In this document: positions 9,587-16,569 of the stretch, piece by piece | Layout of the letters: each line of letters begins with the position of its first letter | Position numbering within the stretch: the stretch's first letter is position 1 | Virus record (IMG/VR): IMGVR_UViG_3300024259_001623 | Length of the DNA: 64,000 nt | Reading direction: 5' to 3' (one strand) | Source: a virus | Lineage: Duplodnaviria; Caudoviricetes | The notes under the pieces: generated by a model | The model's database searches: none | Told to the model about the DNA's origin: nothing | What the model saw: only the letters and a program-made list of their open reading frames with translations | Made by a program: the position numbers and the translations under genes

Positions 9587-10383
9587 TAAGAAAAGAAAAC
9601 ATTAATTTCCTTAATAATAGCCTCTCTGGTGGGCCTTTTTCTTTTCTTTTTTATATTATTAATCATAATTGCTACGACGCTGGTTGCGATTCCTAATGAG
9701 GCTTGTCTGCCTGTCATTTTAGCGTATTGTCCTTCTCCGTATGTAGTATAGAACTTAAAGCTTCTTGGCGGTTTTATATTAATAATATTATTTTCCGCGC
9801 TAATATTCCATTTTTTATTTGTTCCGGTTTTATAATTAACGCCTATAACATTATTATACCCGAACGGGTATATATTTACATTTTTGTCATCGAATGGAGT
9901 TAATATAATTGTTTGTTGTTTAACTGCCTTATTGATAGCATCTTTTAGTGAGTGGTCATCTATATTAGTTGCTAGTGGAAGTACAACGACATTAGACTTT
10001 TTGATAATAGCCCATAACAGTCCTGCTACGATACTGGGAGTATTAGTTTTCCCATTCTTATTAAAAATCTTCGCTGCTGTCAATTCAGCATTTGTTGATA
10101 ATCCTGTAATACCTTTTGGATTATCTGATGTTATAAAGCCTGATAGTGTTGTAGCGTTTCCATGTTCATCTAGGATATTTTTATCGGCGCTAAAATTTTC
10201 CATATCTTTAATATTCATCACATCGCAATGAGAAGGGACGCCTGTGCTTAGAAGACATATTTTAACCTTTCCGCCTTTATTTTGGAACTCAAAATCTTTC
10301 ATAATTTTGAAATAATTTTGACTGTCCGGCAGTTTGTTTTCTATGCTATTTGGGCCTACTCGTTTTATAAAAAAATCACTCAT
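9586..10383 (-). CDS. Subtilisin (S8)-fold protein with degenerate catalytic triad
   Basis: KICLLSTGV (Asp->Ser), DEHGNAT (His->Asn), MTGRQA (Ser->Gln) align with the S8 motifs VAVIDTG, GHGT and GTSMA. Confidence 0.75.
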   Translation of the reverse strand: MSDFFIKRVGPNSIENKLPDSQNYFKIMKDFEFQNKGGKVKICLLSTGVPSHCDVMNIKDMENFSADKNILDEHGNATTLSGFITSDNPKGITGLSTNAELTAAKIFNKNGKTNTPSIVAGLLWAIIKKSNVVVLPLATNIDDHSLKDAINKAVKQQTIILTPFDDKNVNIYPFGYNNVIGVNYKTGTNKKWNISAENNIINIKPPRSFKFYTTYGEGQYAKMTGRQASLGIATSVVAIMINNIKKKRKRPTREAIIKEINVFFS

Positions 10384-10395
10384 AAATACCTTTCT

Positions 10396-11121
10396 TTATT
10401 GTAAAAAATGTTTAGGAACGTCAAATACTTTACCAGAGCCAAACAACTCTATTTTAAAGTTATAATTTATAGTCTTTAAGAAATACACTTCTTTTCTCAA
10501 AAACAGTGCTATATTAAGAGTAAGAAAATCATCTGTTATAATTCTTTTGCATCTATTTATTTCATCCATTTTTTTATGGATATGTTGTTTTTGTGGGATA
10601 TACCACAACCTAGATTCTTTTAATTTAAGTTCTGTATACAAATATTCTTTTAAATTATAATTAGATAACAGGATACCAGTCCTATTTTTAACTGATTTAT
10701 TTCTAGGTTTATAATTTACATCTGCCCCTTCCCCCCTCCAGGACATACCTGCCAACTGATTATATATCTGAAACATATTCTTATTAGTTTTTTTATTACC
10801 ATAAAGAATATTCTTGTATTTATCTTTTGGATCTGTATAATTTATACCTACACATTTATCTACATTTAATAGGGAATCATTTATTGATGGGGATAAATTT
10901 ATTAATAAATCATAATGATTTAACAATAGATTTTCTTCATCTTGTCGATGTTTTAAAGTAAATACTTTCTTAACATATTTAGAATATTCAAAAACATCTG
11001 CTGTTGAGTCAAATACAGTAGCAACGTACACATCCCCCTGCTTTGACAACTTCTTCAAAAGACAAGTTGCTACAAAGCATTCGCTCATATGTCCTAAACT
11101 GGCTAAAAGAATATTCATCAT
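10396..11121 (-). CDS. GT9 (heptosyltransferase)-like protein, divergent
   Basis: ILLASLGHMSECFVATCLLKKL aligns with the GT9 N-terminal motif; YDLLINL downstream; shortened C-terminal domain. Confidence 0.55.
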   Translation of the reverse strand: MMNILLASLGHMSECFVATCLLKKLSKQGDVYVATVFDSTADVFEYSKYVKKVFTLKHRQDEENLLLNHYDLLINLSPSINDSLLNVDKCVGINYTDPKDKYKNILYGNKKTNKNMFQIYNQLAGMSWRGEGADVNYKPRNKSVKNRTGILLSNYNLKEYLYTELKLKESRLWYIPQKQHIHKKMDEINRCKRIITDDFLTLNIALFLRKEVYFLKTINYNFKIELFGSGKVFDVPKHFLQ

Positions 11122-11132
11122 ATTACCTTATA

Positions 11133-11801
11133 CTAAAAATCGTTCGGGAGCAGTCCTCTCTCGTTGCTAGAACTACTATCCAATCTTCTGGTTCCGGAAC
11201 CTTTTAATTCATTTGTCATATCAATAACAATAGCATCGTCTGCTGCTATATCTCCGTCAGCATAGGCTGCTGCGGAGCCTGGTTCTGAACCAGAGACTAA
11301 CATGCTGTTCATTGCAGCGTCTTCTCTCTCTCTATTTTCAGAATCCAATATAGATTGTTCTTCATGCACTTCGTTTAACGTTAATATTTCTATTTTCCCT
11401 GAGTCCAACAACTGATTAAATATTCTATTATTTTTCATATTTTTTTCGCCATGAGTTTTAATCAAATCAGATAAAGATTTAAAATCATTTAAGCCTTTTA
11501 ATTCTAAATCTAAATCACTCAAAACAATATTGCTTCTTGAAGAAGATCTGACAAACAATGCTTCTTCGCTATCCCAGATATCATCTTTATTGATGATATT
11601 TTTCTTTTTACCATACGATTCTTCAACAAGATTTACAATATCATCTATATCGGTTTTTATAGCATCAGTTATATATAAAACCTCGTTGCCTATAGCTTTA
11701 AACTTATTGAGTTTTTGTATATTTCTGAATGGAATAGAAGTTTCTCCGGTTCTGCTATATACTTTTACTGTTTTACTTTTTATATCCAAAAAAACTATCA
11801 T
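11133..11801 (-). CDS. Hypothetical protein carrying the shared ~55-aa module
   Basis: 222-aa ORF; FVRSSSRSNIVLSDL...LLDSGKIEI resembles the N-termini of the 11798 and 16570 proteins. Confidence 0.65.
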   Translation of the reverse strand: MIVFLDIKSKTVKVYSRTGETSIPFRNIQKLNKFKAIGNEVLYITDAIKTDIDDIVNLVEESYGKKKNIINKDDIWDSEEALFVRSSSRSNIVLSDLDLELKGLNDFKSLSDLIKTHGEKNMKNNRIFNQLLDSGKIEILTLNEVHEEQSILDSENREREDAAMNSMLVSGSEPGSAAAYADGDIAADDAIVIDMTNELKGSGTRRLDSSSSNERGLLPNDF

Positions 11802-13192
11802 AATTTACTCCATATAGAATCCAATCTATCTTTAGCCATCTGTGCTACAGTTGGTATATTGTATTTTGTTTTTACTAATTTCTGCAATTTTTTATTTTTC
11901 TTTTGTGCTTCAGAATAATTTTCATATACATATCTCATTTGTTTTCTGGCATCTCGTATAACTTTCTTCGACTGTAGTTCTGGGAACATTTGACCATCCC
12001 AATAATGAACATGCATAGACCCTGGCTGCATTTCAGAAATATTATCTACATCAACCAGATATGAATTACTTTTCTTTAAGAACATGGTCTGTGCGCTGCA
12101 ATTAGAACCTATTACTGGCAGACCGCATAAAGACGACTCACAATATGGAAGACCAAATCCTTCTCCGCGCGAAAATAGAACAAAAGCATCTGCTGCTCTA
12201 TAAATATTAGGCATTCTGTTTTCTGGTATTATACTACTACATCTTGCAATATGAGCAGCTTCGGATTTACCATTGTTATCTATATATCTTTTAATAACAT
12301 CTTTAATAACATCTTTTCCGTGAGCATTACAATTGAATCTACTGACAATCAACAATGAAACAGGATCATCTGACGAAAATTCTTCTAAATACGATTTCAA
12401 TAACACATCATAACCTTTTCTATAACTCCATCCAAATACGCTTATGAAAACAAAGTCTTTTAAGCTAGGATTAAATTCATATGGATCGCTATTTTCATTA
12501 TACAAATTAGTATCTATAGAATCTGGTATAACATAGATAGGTCTACTTACATTATGTTTCTCTAAAATTTCTTTACAGAAATCAGATGTAACCCATATTT
12601 CATTATAACTATTAGATATATCAACAAATTGTTGAGGTATAGAATAGGCTTCGACCGTGGTATATAAAATTCTATATCTAGATGCAGACATACTACTAAA
12701 TGTAGGTATCATACTATCTATAGAAATCGCCTTTCTGCTTACTGTTTTATTGATATGAGACAATCTTTTTATTTCTGCTTCATTTAGGTTATTCGAGTAT
12801 TTATTTGATGCATCTATATTGACTCTCACTCCTAATTTATGTAGACCTTCCGCTATATTTCTATTTACTTTGGCATATCCGCCAGCTTCATAGAAATGGC
12901 CTCTTATTTTTACTTCTAGATCTTTACAGCTTTCCATTTCGATTTTCTCATCCTCTTCTTGTTTTATTATTTTTTCTTTTGATTCTTTTTGTGATTTTAA
13001 TAAGCTTCTTTCTAAAGCAGTTTTACCGCACTTTGTTATTTCAATTTGACCCATACTAACCAATAATCTAAAAGAATTAGATTTCTTGACATTATCCAAC
13101 GAGATATGTTGTACCTCATCTCCTAAGAACGGGATATTCTTATCTATATCGCTTAAAAATATAGTGTTATTTGATCTATTTACAAAGTCCAT
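11798..13192 (-). CDS. GT-B glycosyltransferase (GT4-like) with N-terminal extension
   Basis: FISVFGWSYRKGYDVLL and SRGEGFGLPYCESSLCGLPVIGSNCSA (EGFG..E motif). Confidence 0.85.
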   Translation of the reverse strand: MDFVNRSNNTIFLSDIDKNIPFLGDEVQHISLDNVKKSNSFRLLVSMGQIEITKCGKTALERSLLKSQKESKEKIIKQEEDEKIEMESCKDLEVKIRGHFYEAGGYAKVNRNIAEGLHKLGVRVNIDASNKYSNNLNEAEIKRLSHINKTVSRKAISIDSMIPTFSSMSASRYRILYTTVEAYSIPQQFVDISNSYNEIWVTSDFCKEILEKHNVSRPIYVIPDSIDTNLYNENSDPYEFNPSLKDFVFISVFGWSYRKGYDVLLKSYLEEFSSDDPVSLLIVSRFNCNAHGKDVIKDVIKRYIDNNGKSEAAHIARCSSIIPENRMPNIYRAADAFVLFSRGEGFGLPYCESSLCGLPVIGSNCSAQTMFLKKSNSYLVDVDNISEMQPGSMHVHYWDGQMFPELQSKKVIRDARKQMRYVYENYSEAQKKNKKLQKLVKTKYNIPTVAQMAKDRLDSIWSKL

Positions 13193-13220
13193 ATTTTTTA
13201 TATCGTCAATATCTAATCTT

Positions 13221-13246
13221 AATAAAAAACCTGGCAGTAGCCAGGC
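13221..13246 (-). terminator. Intrinsic terminator
   Basis: Minus strand CCTGGC-TACT-GCCAGG followed by TTTTTTATT, downstream of the PEP-CTERM gene. Confidence 0.8.
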
Positions 13247-13283
13247 TTTATATTAAATCATCTTTTAATTTATAAGTTTATTT

Positions 13284-13991
13284 TTATCTTTTTCTTTTTG
13301 CTAATATAGCTGTAGATCCTATCAAAAAAAACAACGCTGTAGTCGGTTCTGGAGTATAAGTATAAGCATCAACGCCAGGTTCTCTCCACCATGACAATAA
13401 TATACTCAAATCTGCATCATCAACAATTCCTACAAAATCATCATTAATAGGATCTTCATGAGTTCCCAACCATACATTTCCTTTTTGATATGTCCGATAT
13501 TCACCCCAATTAGATAACAAAATGCTTAAATCATCATCTTCTACAAATCCATCATGATTCAAATCACCTGGATAAACATCAACCCAAATAAAAACCCATG
13601 AATTATACGATTGACCATCTTCACCAACAAGATTGATCCAATGCTGATCTGCTCCCCAAGAGTCAATCTCTGGTGTAAAAGTATAATAATCCGGCCCCAC
13701 ATCTTGATAAAAATGTACATCTATATCGCCTTTGATAATTCTAGTAGCTCCTATCATAGAGATATTCTTCATACCAATGTCATTTTCTAATGGATAGATA
13801 TTAATACTATTTCCTAATAATACATAATAATCATCTATAGCCCCATCTGCTGGCAATGGATAAAATGGATATACAGTCGCAGGATTAGGATTAAATTCAA
13901 ATTCGTATGCAAAAGAAGGTTGAGTAAAAAATAAAATACAAAATATAATAATAACTAAAATATGCTTCAAATATCTACTTGCAAGTCCCAT
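13284..13991 (-). CDS. Secreted PEP-CTERM protein with dockerin-like motifs
   Basis: ATG at 13991 with GGAGG RBS (track start 14030 is TTG); signal peptide ending QPSFA; GDLNHDGFVEDDDLSILLSNWG and VDDADLSILLSWW; C-terminal TPEPTTALFFLIGSTAILAKRKR. Confidence 0.85.
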   Translation of the reverse strand: MGLASRYLKHILVIIIFCILFFTQPSFAYEFEFNPNPATVYPFYPLPADGAIDDYYVLLGNSINIYPLENDIGMKNISMIGATRIIKGDIDVHFYQDVGPDYYTFTPEIDSWGADQHWINLVGEDGQSYNSWVFIWVDVYPGDLNHDGFVEDDDLSILLSNWGEYRTYQKGNVWLGTHEDPINDDFVGIVDDADLSILLSWWREPGVDAYTYTPEPTTALFFLIGSTAILAKRKR

Positions 13992-14047
13992 AGTACTTGT
14001 CCTCCATGATCCCCCAATAAGTTTCTTCAATCCATTCTTACTTTAGC

Positions 14048-14623
14048 TTACTTAATTACATCAAAGTATCTATAGGATTTCTTTTTATTTTTATCTTTGT
14101 TTTGTTTTTTAATATGTTTAACACATCTTTCATATTTTCCCTTGTCTTCTCTACCAGCAGATTCTGTGCATACAGCCCAAGGATTATATGGTTCCGTTTC
14201 TGATTTTGGATATTTACTTTTTGCAATTTTTAAAATATCATAATATCTTTCAGTTGATGCTGCCATTCCCATGCCTTTACCCATCATGCCTTTACCTTTA
14301 CCCATCATACCTTTACCCATCATACCTTTACCCATCATACCTTTACCCATCATACCTTTACCCATCATACCTTTACCCATCATACCTTTACCTTTGTCCA
14401 TATCTTCTTCCATCTTTTCTAAATGATCATAATATCTATCATTTTCTGTTAAATGATCCATAGCTATTTCTAAAGCCAAATCTGGATCATCAGTATGTTC
14501 CATCTCCGTAAGAATTCCCTTCTCTAACTGTTCTTTACAGAAATCCGATGGAACTCTATTATCCGCCAAGCCATCTGGTAATCTATCTTTATGTTTTGCC
14601 GTTTTAATTATTTGCATTCTCAT
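14048..14623 (-). CDS. DUF5661-like protein with (GKGMM)n repeat
   Basis: QLEKGILTEMEHTDDPDLALEIAMDHLTENDRYYDHL motif; low-complexity linker. Confidence 0.7.
   Translation of the reverse strand: MRMQIIKTAKHKDRLPDGLADNRVPSDFCKEQLEKGILTEMEHTDDPDLALEIAMDHLTENDRYYDHLEKMEEDMDKGKGMMGKGMMGKGMMGKGMMGKGMMGKGMMGKGKGMMGKGMGMAASTERYYDILKIAKSKYPKSETEPYNPWAVCTESAGREDKGKYERCVKHIKKQNKDKNKKKSYRYFDVIK
14301..14390. repeat. 15-bp tandem repeat CCCATCATACCTTTA x6 (encodes GKGMM)
   Basis: Six perfect copies plus degenerate copies at about 14265-14300. Confidence 0.95.
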
Positions 14624-15383
14624 CCCTATTTTGATAATATTTTAATCTTGCCTCTCTCATCTTCATTTTTGATTCTTCACTATGTCTCCTGCCTATTCCG
14701 CTTTCCGAAATTTTCTTCCTTGTTTCATCACTAATATTAGCTTTAGCAATTCTCATTTTTTCTTTCGTTTCTTCAGTCAATGTACGCCCTTTTAAGGATC
14801 TACTAATCTTCTCTTTCTGCTCTTTAGTTATAATTCTTCCCTTTCTCGCCTTACTCATATTCGCCGTTGCCTCTTTTGACGCTTTTCTTCCCTTTAAAGC
14901 TTTACTAATTTTATCTTTTTGTTCTTGAGGCATTTGATACCCCATATGAGATTCACTCATTTTCTTTCTAATCTCTTTAGAAGGATTCCATCCCCTTCTA
15001 GACTCAGCCAATTTCTTTTTATGTTCAGTCGTTCGATTCTTAGCCAATATGCTTAATTTATTTCTAGTCTCTTGAGAAACTTCCTTATTTCCTGTTTTTG
15101 GAGAAATGTTATACCCTTTATCTCTTAATAGGGTTTTCCACTCTTTTATATTTTCATTTTCCTTTTTAGCAAGATCTTCTATTGAACATTCTTCTATAAT
15201 ATCAAATTTAAAATTTTCTTCTCCATACTTATTAAAAGCATTTTGTAAATGATTATTTTCATGCTTGCCATGTCTCAATTTATATAAATGACTTCTTCGT
15301 CTTTGAGTCAAATTCCTACTACTACCAATATATTTTTTATTATTTACTTTATTTATGATCATATAAATGCCTATTTTTTTCAT
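14604..15383 (-). CDS. GIY-YIG homing endonuclease with NUMOD3-like repeats
   Basis: GIYMIINKVNNKKYIGSS...HENNHLQNAFNKYG; repeated SEETK/RKKIS motifs; likely start 15383 after GGAG. Confidence 0.9.
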   Translation of the reverse strand: MKKIGIYMIINKVNNKKYIGSSRNLTQRRRSHLYKLRHGKHENNHLQNAFNKYGEENFKFDIIEECSIEDLAKKENENIKEWKTLLRDKGYNISPKTGNKEVSQETRNKLSILAKNRTTEHKKKLAESRRGWNPSKEIRKKMSESHMGYQMPQEQKDKISKALKGRKASKEATANMSKARKGRIITKEQKEKISRSLKGRTLTEETKEKMRIAKANISDETRKKISESGIGRRHSEESKMKMREARLKYYQNRDENANN

Positions 15384-15433
15384 GCTAAATTCTCCAGTTT
15401 TTAATACAATAAGCATATTTATATTCTATTTAT

Positions 15434-15562
15434 TTACATCATTCTCCTTGTTCTAATATGTTCCATTTCTATTTTAACACCTTTTACCAATTGTTTCTTG
15501 CAAAAATCTAATGGAAGATTATTATCTCCTACTCCACCAGGTATATTATCTTTATAATCCAT
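15434..15562 (-). pseudogene. Truncated paralog of the DUF5661-like gene (42 aa, not in ORF track)
   Basis: MDYKDNIPGGVGDNNLPLDFCKKQLVKGVKIEMEH aligns with LPDGLADNRVPSDFCKEQLEKGILTEMEH of 14048-14623, then stops just before the GIY-YIG gene; AAGGAG RBS. Confidence 0.7.
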
Positions 15563-15572
15563 AATAAACTCC

Positions 15573-15932
15573 TTATTCTCTATTCCAAAATCTTTCCGCG
15601 CTAATCATAGCTCGTTCTATATTTGTTTTGCCAACAGGATTAGCAGAATGAACTCTCCACTCTAATCTCGGCAATTCTCCATTAAAAGCTTTTTCTTCTA
15701 TCCAATTCGCTAAACTATATCCACTTTCTCCCAGACCTAAATCGTGATCAAAAGATATATAAGATACATTCCCGTTGTTCAACATACCCCTTGCTTCTTC
15801 AGCGGTTTTGACCCATAACTCATTTCCATCAGCACCATATTCTGATTGTATAAAAGAATCTTGTGGATCTCTTTCGTCGTCTAACCAAAGTCTAATACCA
15901 TTAGACCCATAAGATATTTTATACCAATTCAT
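15573..15932 (-). CDS. Cyclic-phosphate-processing receiver (cREC)-like domain protein
   Basis: LWLDDERDP...ISFDHDLG...GYSLANWIEE...VHSANPVG pattern; N-terminus MNWYKIS. Confidence 0.75.
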   Translation of the reverse strand: MNWYKISYGSNGIRLWLDDERDPQDSFIQSEYGADGNELWVKTAEEARGMLNNGNVSYISFDHDLGLGESGYSLANWIEEKAFNGELPRLEWRVHSANPVGKTNIERAMISAERFWNRE

Positions 15933-15939
15933 TTATGCT

Positions 15940-16485
15940 CTAAACCACTTTAATATAAGCAACGTTTTCGGCACTGACTTTTCCTTGATAATAAATAGCA
16001 GCGACTAAAACAGAATAAGCCCCTGTCATATTCTCTCTAAGTATAAAGCCTGGATCACCACCATAAACTCCATTTCTAGCAAAATAAGTAGCAGAATTAG
16101 AAGGTTTATATATATTAGCAGCTTGAGCAGAAGGTAACTTGGCATCTCCATTATATGCAAACAAGATATCAGCTAATTCTTGAGTTTCTCCCTGTTCTAC
16201 AGGACCAATAACGGTGGAATAAATAGCTCGTGGAGACTCTTCTGGCTCAGTTTCCTCGGCATAACGTGACCATTCTCTTAATTCATAAGTAGAAGTCATT
16301 TTTACAGTAACCTGATCTATAAAGATAATAGGCTCACGATGTACTGTAATATCCGTTCCAGAAGTACTTGTAACATTAGTCCAATCTAAATCCGTTTCGA
16401 CAGAAGCTCCAGTTCCATCTGCAAGAACTCTAGTACCAGTTAATAATATTCTTGGAGCAGTTAATACTCTTACAGTTTCAGACAT
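15940..16485 (-). CDS. Hypothetical, probably virion-associated beta protein
   Basis: Thr/Val/Tyr-rich; GGAG RBS; directly downstream of the fibre gene. Confidence 0.55.
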   Translation of the reverse strand: MSETVRVLTAPRILLTGTRVLADGTGASVETDLDWTNVTSTSGTDITVHREPIIFIDQVTVKMTSTYELREWSRYAEETEPEESPRAIYSTVIGPVEQGETQELADILFAYNGDAKLPSAQAANIYKPSNSATYFARNGVYGGDPGFILRENMTGAYSVLVAAIYYQGKVSAENVAYIKVV

Positions 16486-16569
16486 ATTTTTCTCCTATTT
16501 TTATTTTAAAAATGCTTATTTTATCATTACACAGATATATCTAAATATCCTTTTATTATTTTACAATCA

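Noticed and set aside
14265-14395. Possible CRISPR array
   Set aside because: Contiguous 15-bp units with no spacers, in frame within a CDS; no cas genes.
15416-15423. T4-type late promoter TATAAATA
   Set aside because: A single instance was noticed in very AT-rich DNA and it was not seen upstream of the structural genes.
14604-15433. Group I intron housing the GIY-YIG gene
   Set aside because: Almost no non-coding sequence for an intron core, and the downstream gene is a complete paralog rather than a 3' exon.
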